DNA from: Phoronis australis
Taxonomy: Eukaryota; Animalia; Phoronida
NCBI GenBank assembly: GCA_002633005.1
Contig: NMRA01001177.1
Coordinates: 1-39,172, forward strand
DNA: 39,172 bases
Direction of reading: 5' to 3'
The position numbers were made by a program, and so were the translations under genes. The notes under the pieces are model-generated. The model was not told the DNA's origin. It worked only from the letters and a program-made list of their open reading frames with translations, and made no database searches. Numbering within the stretch: position 1 is the stretch's first letter; every line of letters begins with the position of its first letter. Shown here piece after piece: positions 24,350 to 35,215 of the stretch.

Positions 24350-25409
24350 CAACTTCATTTTATGTACATGGGGAGGTATCCTAACATAAACCCAAATGCC
24401 AAATTTTGTACACTCAATGACCCCTAACTTCGCCGCTGGAGGATGATAACACAAATTGGCACAATTGGGCATATTAGACGTTTCAAAAATCGCAAGTTTT
24501 CAGCAACAAAAATGAGTAACATACAAAATAGATCAAAAGCTATATTTTTGTGGCTGAAATAACCAACGTATACTGTGCATAATTCTGTGCCATTTATTAA
24601 AATCTGACAGTTTTGTGCTAGACAGGGGAGATAATCCACAGACCACTTTTTAGGGCTAATTTTAGTGGCCATTTTTGTGACCTTCTTACTGCCATAAAAC
24701 ACCTTGTAGCCTTATGTGACGTTTTGAACATACAGTTAAAGAGTTAGTCTTGACGACTGAGCAATAAAAAATCTTGCCTCAACTTTACACTTTAGTGAAA
24801 ATTGTCTTGCAAAACTGTCTATTTTCATAGTTTGGAAATGATGAGCACAGTTTACAGACCATTTGAACAAACTTTTAGGCAAGAAGTCTGCTTTAAATAG
24901 TTATAGAAACCAAGTCTAAACTCTTTCAGACAAATGAAAACAAGATGTTTTCTGGGTATATTATGCGGCTAGTATCAAAACTGAACCCGATGACCTTTGC
25001 CCACTGAGGGAGTCAGTTGAGGTTAAGCTTGAGGATACATAAAAAATGTATGTGCAACCCTCTTGTATTCTTTCATTCCTTTTACATTATCAGGTTAATT
25101 TAAATACTCTGTAGAACTTTTAAATGGAAATAAATGCCTTTAAGATTAAACGAGTAAGAATTGATATTTGTAATGACTGGTTTTGAGAGAAGCAAGTGCA
25201 TTTTAAAAATGTCGATGGGCCTTCATGTTCCTTTAGAGTTTATTCTGCAAAAAATCCGATCACAAAAGCTTTGTGCTTTAGTGAGTAATGTCAAAGACAC
25301 CACTGAACATTTGCGATACAGGAAACTACCTCACAAAGCAAGGCCTATGCCAGAGTACGAACTCTTACTACCCAGAGTCGGTGAATTTCTGACTGAACAG
25401 GACCAGTCA

Positions 25410-25557
25410 TGGAAGAGTCAAGTAATGCTGGACGTTACCACTCTGCTCCTCTCCTCGTGAACGTAGCAGCCTTGTCAAAGTCTACCGGCATTTCTGTTTC
25501 GAGATATGACTTTAGTGAAAGTCAGAATGGAAAGGATCTCTGTGATCGCAAGATCGC
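25410..25557 (+). mobile_element. Sola3-like DDE transposase fragment, cut by N25558
   Basis: SSNAGRYHSAPLLVNVAALSKSTGISVSRYDFSESQNGKDLCDRKIA resembles the Sola3-type motif SDNAGCYH...YDFSEPQxGKDxCDRKIA. The catalytic D position reads S. This frame is absent from the ORF track. Confidence 0.7.
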
Positions 25558-25955
25558 NAAGTGGTGCTTGGTAGTTTGATGGTCCCTATATTGTTTTGTG
25601 CAGCCACAAGAATTAATGAGGAAAATGATATGGCTTCATTATACAAGGGTCTTAGGTTGTAAAAGCCACATTTCTTGTCCAGTTTCCGAAATTACAAAAA
25701 CTAAATCGTGGTCCCTAGCACGAATTTTTCAAATATTCTATTTAAAAACTTCAAAAATTGAAAATACAATTGTCGCACAATGTGTTTATGATTGGTTTAA
25801 TTGCCTAGGGAATGAAAACATCTGCACCCCGAGGCGAAGCATGGTACCTTTAATCGTTGTCACCGATTCTGCGCTACACAAACCTGTTGATTGCCCAATC
25901 TCGAGCTGTCGGGTTGTCGACGTAGGATTCTTTTCATGTCATGGGGGATTAAAGT

Positions 25956-26392
25956 GCGAGCACCTTTCTATACTAGGTATCATTTAGCGAGCAAATTGCA
26001 TTGTCAGGGTCTTACAATGCGAACACCACCTTACTTTTACTGGACATTATTGAATGAGCAACTTGCAATCTCGGGGTGTTATAACGCGAGCGCCTTACTG
26101 CAGTACGTGTCAGTGAGCGAGCACCTTGCATAAGCGGGAATTTAAAACGCGAGCACCTTAGTACAGTGCAGGTTATTGAGGGAGCACCTTGCAATCTTGG
26201 GGTCTTTTAACGCGAGCACCTTACTGCAGTACGTGTCATTGAGCGAGCACCTTGCATAAGCGGGAATTTAAAACGCGAGCACCTTAGTACAGTGCATGTT
26301 ATTGAGGGAGCACCTTGCAATCTTGGGGTCTTTTAACGCGAGCACCTTACTGCAGTACGTGTCATTGAGCGAGCACCTTGCATAAGCGGGAA
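25956..26392 (+). repeat. 31/32-bp monomer array with GCGAGCACCTT core, forming a 126-bp four-monomer higher-order repeat
   Basis: Cores at 25956, 25987, 26019, 26054, 26086, 26117, 26149, 26180, 26212, 26243, 26275, 26306, 26338 and 26369. The units at 26086, 26212 and 26338 are nearly identical. The array runs into N26393. Confidence 0.92.
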
Positions 26393-26684
26393 NAACGAGG
26401 CAAGATCATTAGAATGGGACTTCCTCAACACATTTTGGTGTTTATAAATTTTGTTTTAATTGAAAAAATAAACTACCAGGTTGTGAACAACCTCTTCAAA
26501 CAATATGGCGGACCAAAAAATGGGTTTGTAATGGCTTTATACAAATGACAAAACTATGTTTGGTGATTTTACACTTGTTACAGTATTTCCCCTTTTGAAT
26601 GTATGGGGCTAAATATAAGAGTAAGAGAGATATCTCTCTCTTAAGAGGTTACTTATTTTTAAATATTTGTTATTGTTTAGTGAC

Positions 26685-26843
26685 GAGCAACATGACCAAC
26701 CTTTTTCATAGTCAATGTCCAATAACTCCAGAAATATGTACCACGACAGGCGGAAGGTGCTATAAGAGATGAATTCTGAAAGACGGAATCCGGCGTCTGC
26801 ATGGTGTTCTGACCAAACTTGGTAGAAGCAAGACATAGGAGAC
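26685..26843 (-). pseudogene. KDZ-like transposase exon (FR.AWY.FL.LLDIDY..GFxC motif), 3'-truncated
   Basis: Acceptor tattttgttgtag. The phase-2 start matches the upstream exon. Similarity ends after GWSC; an alternative donor lies at 26700. Confidence 0.7.
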
Positions 26844-27638
26844 CTACAACAAAATATCATCAATGTCAAGTACAATCCACAATGAGGAATAAAGTTGCAA
26901 ATGTCAGAGATATGATGGTGCGGTCATCCTAACCTCATTAATTAAGAGTTTCACTTACTCTCTGATATCTTTTCTCTATGTTCAATTAGATGTAGCATTG
27001 CATGAACACATATGACTAGAAGTAGCATGTGATGGTTGCAACATTCCAAACATATTTGAATAGTACTTAAGTTCACAATAAAGGTTTGCAATCATTTTTT
27101 TCAAAATGTGACACCTAAAACTGCAATACAAATTTAACTTAAAATTCTAAAAAGGGTTTTTATTTAAAAGGATACCAGTTTTGACCCATTAACAGATACC
27201 AAAACGATTTTCCACCTTCGATAACCCAAACACGTTTGGAGGAAAATTTGAAATCTCCTTTCTAAGTGTGCTAAACGGGTAAGCCTGCTATGGGCAAGCC
27301 TGTCTAGTGCTTTTAAACGGCATCTGTAGGAAAAGACCACCAACCAAGGACCATAATATCCATTTTGTGAGATAAAGAATATGATTTTTTGTTGATTCCT
27401 GCTTTAATCTTTCAAGATTGATCCCAATGGTGCATCAACAGGTGACAGAATGAGGATTGGCTGAAATCATCAAAACAGGGTTTAGTATTTGTTTAAATGT
27501 ATGATAAGTTTGATTTATTTATCTGAAAGGATACAATGAAAGATCACTTGTTATTGATGTACCATTCAAAAACAAAGTTTTCATCCAAAATGTCAATTAA
27601 CTGGACCACAACAATGGTACAATGTTGTGGATTACATA

Positions 27639-27949
27639 GAAGAATTGGATTTGGCTTTTAATTTCAGAAAATTTATACTTTCATGGATTAACATTGGATA
27701 GTTAATTGGATATTTTAGGATGAATATAGCATGAACAATTAGGGGTACATGCAATCTTCTTAAGAGTGGTCATGCCAAGGAGTAATGGACAATGCAGACT
27801 AAAAAAATGAATAGAAATGACCACTAGGTGGTGTATAACGTGAGTCCAACTGAAAAGTGGAAGGGGGAAGGAATCCTTAGTCAATTTCAAAGAAATTTGC
27901 ATCTAAAAGTCAAATAAATCTATCAAGGAACTCCACTAATAGAGATGAA
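27639..27949 (+). repeat. Third copy of the 22307-22617 repeat segment
   Basis: Shared TTTTAATTTCAGAAAAT...CTTAAGAGTGGTCATGCCAAGGAGTAATGGACA...GACCACTAGGTGGTGT. Ends at N27950. Confidence 0.85.
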
Positions 27950-28627
27950 NGAACAAATTATTATAAAGTCAATTTCAGGAAAGGTGCGTTATGGCTGCTA
28001 CAGAGTTCCAAATTTGGCCGAAAGTGGCTTCGGTGATTTTGGGTATAGACTCTACCTGTTGGTTTTTACATGGAGTCACTCTTAAATTGGACACTAGGGA
28101 GCTTAGAAGTATTGGGATTCAATTAAATGTTGCAGGAATGAGCTTTGGCTTTAATGTTCACAAAAATAAAATTGTGAACTTCAACAGAGATCTTTCCAGG
28201 TATTTACGGCTAAAGATCGACTTTGTGCTTAGCTTGGTTTCCTCTACTTTTAAACAAAATATTACATTTTGCGATTAATGAACTGAACTTATTGTTCAAT
28301 GATTGTCTTAAAGAAGGATTGAACTAAAAACAGTTTTTATCCCACCCATGTCAAACTTGTGAGGCATAACAAATCTTTAGGCCGTAAAATCTAAAGAGAA
28401 ACAACCACAGACAAAAAACATATCTCCTACTAGGGAGCACCACAGTAAACAAGGACACAAGAAAATCACCATACTCTAATGAGCTAAAAATTGAAACTTC
28501 AAACATTTCACAAGAAAGCAGAAAACCGTCAACCTTTCTCCGACTCCTAAATCTAATGAACATTTTAGTTTAATGTTCAAGAATGGCAAAACTATTACAA
28601 CACAAAAATTTAATTCAAATTACTTAC

Positions 28628-28763
28628 CTGTAGTAGAGAAACTGATACAAGTAGTCTCTCATCACTTCATAATGAATTAGGAACTTGCCCATGTGTACGA
28701 TGCAACCTTCACAACCATCATAATGACTGATGTGGCCGCAGTTATGACATTTTCCGACAAAGC
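28628..28763 (-). pseudogene. KDZ-like transposase exon (CxxC...YDG)
   Basis: ttttttgcatacttcag|...|gtaagt. 136 nt, open, phase 1 to phase 2. Missed by the ORF track. Confidence 0.75.
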
Positions 28764-29197
28764 CTGAAGTATGCAAAAAACAAATCACAAATAATTATTA
28801 AAATGACCTGATGGTAATGATCAACCTGCAAAATTTACTTCAAAATTGTAACAACCAGCGACACAAAGTGCTAGGTTATCACACATGTTATTTGTAACTT
28901 ATACAGGACAGTATAAAACTTCCACTATGCATTTATCAGGATTTCAATGATGGGACATGCCAGTAAGTATTAAAAAGATAAGTAGGTCAAAACAAACTTA
29001 ATGTCACGCTTCATCAGGAAACTATTGTCTGATCAAGAGTATTCAAATTCATCATAAGCTAATTTTCTAATTAAGTCCGGGACTTTCATGGTTGGTCAAC
29101 TATTAAGTCCATTTCGTAAATCAATATTGCAGACAACTGAAGAGAAAAAAATCCCATGAAAAGAACTTTGAAAGATATAGAATTCTTGAGCACTTAC

Positions 29198-29591
29198 ACT
29201 GAGCTTGAAATTGGGAATACCGCGTAAGAAGCACACATTTGATAGCCATGGCCTGGCACTCATGTAACGTAGACTCGCACTTTTTACAGAAAAGTGGCTT
29301 GACCTGAAGTACGCCACTAAATGTTTTTGTAAATAAAGTTCCAGGATGAATGCTCAACTTGGAATTTTGAGGTTCTTTGAAGGGAATCTTTTTCAATGAA
29401 AATGCCTGGACATTATACATGTTCGCGATACTTTGTACAACTTCAGCTTTCACTGCCTTTGAACAAAAGCACTGACCATCACACGTGAGACACGTGACAC
29501 GATTTCCTTGCATTCTGATCACACAGCATTTGTCCCCAGATACAACTGCAAATGAGTCTGTTATCAACCAGCCTAACGGAATGATGAACAT
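29198..29591 (-). pseudogene. KDZ-like transposase exon (two Cys clusters)
   Basis: tactttcag|MFIIPLGWL...VTCLTCDGQCFC...FSLKKIPF...KPLFCKKCESTL...QAQ|gtaagt. 394 nt, open, and lies within ORF 29121-29678. Confidence 0.7.
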
Positions 29592-30543
29592 CTGAAAGTA
29601 TACACAAAGAACAAATCCAATGAATCTTAAACAAACATGGACCCTACGTACTTGAAACGCAACTGCTTCTTTCACCAAGTAATGTGAACAAAATGACTTT
29701 AGAGTACTTGGTTATTTTTTTGATGTGAGGTACAATTCAAATAACCCTTAATTTATGGTTTCAAAAAGAAACCAGTTGTTAAAACTCATAAGGAATTGTC
29801 AAAATTTGGTAATGATAGTTAAAATAGTTAAATATGACAAATCAAGCACGTATTAATCCAAATATATACAACTTCTTCACACAACATTTATCAACGAGAG
29901 CAGCATCTGCTGACAACACTGATGACACTTAAGTGAAAAGTTTACATCCCGTTGTCACGTGTGAAGCTTCACTAGAGTAAAGTAAACTTGCAATTTAACT
30001 TTGATCCAAGATGAAATTTAAGTGTTCAAAATGACCACCACAACAATCAACACAAAAGTTAACGGTCAGAGGGAAAGACACTAACAATTAGCAACTAATA
30101 GCATGGCACAGAGCAGTAACAGAGTGCATTCAAGACATCATACAAAACTTGTATAAATTGGGTAACAGGCAATACTAAACATTCAATTACATCACAAACA
30201 GGTCCATTTAAAAAACTACAAAAATATACAAACTAATTCACATCTCAAAAAATTATCATAATTATGTAAGTTCTACACTTCGACTATCTATCCATATTCC
30301 TAACATGTGGTCATTCGATAACAACAAAGTATAAATGTATGCACACCACTATGTAAATTACCTCAGGAGGCTCAGCAAAATATGCATGGTCATCTGCAAT
30401 CAAATGTGAAATTTCATAAACATGATGGAGAAACTGAGTGAATACAAACATTGTCATGATAGTCCAAAATCGGATAAGTAGCAGATTAGGTAAAAAGTGT
30501 TGGCTTAAAGAAGACTGTGTCAAAAATGTGTAACAATAGCTTA

Positions 30544-31257
30544 GGGCCATTGCAGTACTGAAATGTATGGGACGGGGAGATGGCACTTTCATGTCTTACC
30601 CACCGCCCATATTTTTCCTTTTAGTTCTCCGAACATTGACCCATGATTTTTAAATAGGCTGAAATATGAAATATGGGGTTTTTGAGATAATCAACCTGTC
30701 TTGTCAAAAACAAAAACGCCCAACAGGGGGTGCCATGGTAGTCAAATGGGTCTGAAAATTGATTGCTGCAGGTGCATACCAGCCGTCTATCTCTACGTTA
30801 TGCGGTTTCAAGATAATTCACAGACAAGGAATGACTTGAGCTATTGAAAACTAACAGGGGGTGCCACAGTAGTTGAATCAGTTCAAAAATTGACTGGTGC
30901 CAGCACGCTCTTGCCATATACCTCTTTTTAGTGACTTGAGCAACAGCTAGTGTACATATTGAATTCTGTACACTACCATCATGGGCTTGTTTGGTTGTTT
31001 TTGGATATTTTTGGGTTTCTTCCAAGGGAATTTTTGGTGAGTTTTGATTTCTTTTGAGAGGGTATTAAGGTTTTATGTTCGGCTGAAAATACACACCTGT
31101 CAACATTTACAGGACAAAAAACATCACCCACTTTTAATAATTTACTTCTTTGAAGAAGGACAACCCTTAATTTAAATTTTCTTCAACAGCCAACCACACA
31201 CAAATTTTTATTTCAACTGCCATTCCCCCTCCTATGCGGATTTTGCTGGAACAGCCC
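30544..31257. mobile_element. PIF/Harbinger-like MITE (TTA target duplication)
   Basis: TTA|GGGCCATTGCAG...ATGGGACGGGGAGATGGC at the left vs right-end reverse complement GGGCTGTTCCAG...ATAGGAGGGGGAATGGC, with TTA at 31258-31260. The TIRs are diverged. The duplicated right end is at 32154. Confidence 0.55.
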
Positions 31258-32436
31258 TTAAAAACTTTTAAGAATGTATAATTTCTTGTGGACAGCATTG
31301 ACTAACATTGGAAGTACAGATACTAAAAATAAGGATTACCTACCGATACAAGTTTTGTAACCAAAATAACTGCCACCACTACACATATGAAGCAATTTTT
31401 TTCCAGCCTCAACATGCAGACAACCCATAAAAAGCTCCTCTCCATCTACAGGGAAATAACACAAAGGCACATAACAAACTATGTATGCACAATGCAACAG
31501 CTGCAATACCAATAAGGAATGGCGGTTAAAATAAGCTATAAATTTATTGCAAAAGNTGAAATATGAAATATGGGGTTTTTGAGATAATCAACCTGTCTTG
31601 TCAAAAACAAAAATGCCCAACAGGGGGTGCCATGGTAGTCAAATGGGTCTGAAAATTGATTGCTGCAGATACATACCAGCCGTCTATCTCTACGTTACGC
31701 GGTTTCAAGATAATTCACAGACAAGCAATGACTTGAGCTATTGAAAACTAACAGGGGGTGCCACAGTAGTTGAATCAGTTGAAAAATTGACTGGTGCCAG
31801 CACGCTCTTGCCATATACCTCTTTTTCATGACTTGAGCAACAGCTAGTGTACATATTGAACTCTGTACACTACCATCATGGGCTTGTTTGGTTGTTTTTG
31901 GATATTTTTGGGTTTCTTCCAAGTGAATTTTTGGTGAGTTTTGATTTCTTTTGAGAGCGCATTAAGGTTTTATGTTCGGCTGAAAATACTCGCCTGTCAA
32001 CATTTACAGAACAAGAAACATCACCCACTTTTAATAATTTACTTTTTTGAAGAAGGACAACCCTTAATTTAAATTTTCTTCAACAGACAACCACAAAAAA
32101 ATTTTCATTTCAACTGCCATTCCCCCTCCTATGCGGATTTTGCTGGAACAGCCCTTAAAAACTTTTAAGAATGTATAATTTCTTGTGAACAGCATTGACT
32201 GACACTAAAAATAAGAATTACCTACCGATACAAATTTTGTCACCAAAATAACTGCCACCACTACACATATGAAGCAATTTTGTCCAGCCTCAACATGCAG
32301 AAAACCCATGAAAAGCTTTTCTCCATCTACAGGGAAATAACACAAAGGCACATAACAAAATATGCATGCACAATGCAACAGCTGCAATACCAATAAGGAA
32401 TGGCGGTCAAAATTAGCTATAAATTTATTGCAAAAG
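30660..32436. other. ~0.9-kb tandem duplication across N31556 (probable uncollapsed haplotypes)
   Basis: 30660-31555 and 31557-32436 are collinear, with SNPs and indels. The junction is exactly the N. Confidence 0.88.
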
Positions 32437-34708
32437 CACATTTTAAGTCTGATGTCTTCTAGCTGCTAATTGACTTTTGATTACATTATTAAAACTACAA
32501 TGATGTTAAGAAGTCATATTGAAAATCATATCGAAAATATAATTACCATGAGTTGTACAGCTGCCGACTCTGTTGAAGAAATCTGCTTGGTGAGGGGAGC
32601 AACTACAAAGACCATGGCGTCGGACAATGCAAACGGACGTTTTCTGGAATTTCAACAAATGTGTGAGACAATGTGAATCTTGGCATGAATACATACCCCA
32701 AGCGGCTTATGGGAATGGTCCTATCAAGCAAGTGACTTTTCATTCAAACAAAGTTCAATCGTTTTGCAATGTGGTTTAAAGATAGAGAAATATTTCACTT
32801 TGTCATATTTTAACGATAATCCTTTAAAGAGCCTCCATGGGCGCTTTATGTGGGTGGTGATTTATAAGAATGTACACGACAATAGCACTTTGTTACTACG
32901 TACCTTTAACAAACTTTGCGAATAATCCAAATCGGCAACCGCAAACACTCCATCGCAAGATGATAGGCATATTATACCTTCTAGTACACACAAGGCATGT
33001 GTGTACTCGTCTACATGAGTGTCCAGAGGTATTGATGCCTCACCTTCAACAGCCGATGAGGTATTTTTACAGGTTCAGAGGATGCATCCCTTGGGTGCTT
33101 TAAATAAACAGTACATCTTAAAAAGAATAAGCACAAACTTGTTTTTAATGTTACATAAAGCCCAAGATTTGAACAACTTCAGAACATCAGGGTACAAAAA
33201 CACTGTTAGGAAGTTCTTTAAAATGTTTCACTTCTGCATGAGAGACTATAGATTTTTTAAGAAATAACTATCACAAAAATGAAATGATAATTTAAGAAAC
33301 TGTGGCTACTTTGAACATCCACACCAAAGGGAATTTCGTCAAATTATAGACTGTTTTGCTAAATAATGAACGCACCTTTCCGTTTTGCTATATTTTCATA
33401 AAAAGACATTGGTCACACAACCTAAGTAATGAAATTGATCTAAGCCAGCCAGATGCTGTTTGCAAATGTTCAATGCTTTAAATGTTAACAACATAGTAAC
33501 AATGTTAAATTCTTGCCTCGAAACAGTCAAACTCTTCGAATTTTGAAATCACTCTGAAAAGTCCAATTACTTAGTTAATTTATAACAAATAAGGACTATA
33601 AAAATTCTCCAGATTGTTAACAACAGGAAAATTCTCAATGTACATCATTTTAAGAACTGATGCTGAAAGTGAAGAGCTCATATGTACAACAACATGATGT
33701 GTCAGCGCATATATGGCTATGACTGTATAATTTTTGCATACAATGTACTAAATACAGCCACAGGATACAAGAGGCTTTACTTAATTGCGAACCAAGTGCC
33801 CCCGTGCAGGCCTTTATCCAGGATTTTGAAAATAGGGTGTCCAAAATGGGGTTCTCATATTCTGGGGCGTCCATGATTCCGACGCGTAACCCCCCCACCC
33901 TCAGCAATACCCCCAAACACACAGATTTTTTACACAAAAATGCATAGATCAAGGTTTTTACATCTAAGTTTATGAAACAGCCTTCCATGGTGAGCATTTT
34001 TACTAAAAAACTGTGTAGACCAAGACAATGCTGTCAATCAAGTGTCAAAATAGCAACAATGTATATAAATTGTATATTTCTTTCTGCTTTGAAAAAAAGA
34101 GCCCAACTGTGAGCCTTCAGAGGCTTCCTAGTATTCATTACAATGTGTGAGTCCAAACTTGAAAGGTTCCTATTGACAGTGGGCGTCCAAACTATACATT
34201 GGGCGTCCTTGCCAGGGTGTCCAGATTAGTGCTAGGGCGTCCATTTGGACGCCCAGGACGTACGCTGCATAAAGGCCAGCCCCCGTGACCAATGTTGAGG
34301 ACAGTAGTGCGTAATTAAGGTGAACAGAAAAATATCCATGCAGTCAGAATTTATGGCTAAGAAAGAGAGAAAAGACTGGAGACGCTAATGTCCTTTGCTA
34401 CTTGGAGAAGTAAGAGCACATGCGCAAGGAAAGGGCCAAGTCTCTCGCGTGTTCCTAAATGCCAGTAGCTGCACAAAACAGAAACTCCTTTCATGATATA
34501 CCGGCTTGACATAAATGACTTGAATGCGCTGTCATTTCTTCTCGACTTTTGTCAAATGTGAATGAAAGAGGATTATGAATTATAGCTATACCTGTATCTG
34601 ACACACTCTTTTTGATCCTTTTTTGTGTACCCCATTGTTTCATTTTTACTGCACATTTTGAAAAGTCAACGGGAAGCTCCCCATCCACGAAAAAGTCCTT
34701 GTAAATAT
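31344..34708 (-). pseudogene. Candidate upstream exons of the same transposase-like gene
   Basis: AG/GT-bounded segments 34708-34592 (DIYKDFFVDGELPVDFSKCAVK..., 117 nt, open), 33116-32978, 32643-32547, and 32326-32226 / 31445-31344 (DGEELFMGCLHVEAGKKLLHMCSGG). The phases only join if frameshifts are allowed. Confidence 0.4.
33807..34279. mobile_element. hAT-like MITE, 473 bp, with perfect 8-bp TSD
   Basis: TSD CCCCCGTG at 33799-33806 and 34280-34287. TIRs CAGGCCTTTATCCAG / CTGCATAAAGGCCAG. Subterminal GGGYGTCC repeats. Confidence 0.9.
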
Positions 34709-34779
34709 CTGTCACGGAAGAAATCAAACAAATGTATCTGAAATTGAGAAGACCAAATAAAATGAAACTTCATAATGTA

Positions 34780-35215
34780 TTGAATGTTAGAATGAGAGCA
34801 CCTTATGGTACGAGAATGTCGAAATGGAGGCACCCCTTGCCATGACCACAGGCCTGTGTAGTCATGCAACTGTGTGACAATGCAATAGTTCTTACCAGCT
34901 TATTAGTGCTATGGCAATGTTTAAATGTAGAAACTTACAATATCACAATGCCTGAGAGCAGCATTGGAATGTACACCATTATGAACAGAAGCGCCTTTCA
35001 AGATTGCAGCAAATATGCAAGAGCACCTACTTGCAGCAGTGACCAATGGCATCAACAGTACCTGGCAAGTTACTAATATCCTATTCAGATATTGGAATCT
35101 ACAAACTGGAGCACCTTCCAAATTTTGCTGTTCGTTGAGCAAAATAGAGCACCTCGTAATCGTAATTCTAGAAACAACAGAGAACCGAATTTTTCTAGCA
35201 AAATTCAAGGCACTG
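34780..35215 (+). repeat. Degenerate array of GAGCACC cores with dissimilar spacers
   Basis: Exact GAGCACC at 34796, 35021, 35109 and 35147, with variants at 34828, 34956, 34989, 35056, 35180 and 35208. The first unit matches the 37181 minisatellite. Confidence 0.6.

Larger units (their letters stand above)
26685..30433 (-). pseudogene. Multi-exon Cys-cluster (CxC) KDZ/Zisupton/HMGXB3-like transposase gene remnant
   Basis: Exons 30433-30362, 29591-29198, 28763-28628 and 26843-~26685 have canonical splice sites and matching phases (0,1,2). They join into ...KPLFCKKCESTL...LLTRYSQFQAQC|FVGKCHNCGHISHYDGCEGCIVHMGKFLIHYEVMRDYLYQFLYYR|SPMSCFYQVWSEHHADAG...SYSTFRLSWYIFLELLDIDYEKGWSC. The family call is from motif memory. 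Confidence 0.7.

Noticed and set aside
25956-26392. CRISPR array (repeat plus spacer look)
   Set aside because: The core is only ~11 bp, the spacers recur in a 126-bp cycle, no cas genes are present, and the context is spliced eukaryotic DNA.
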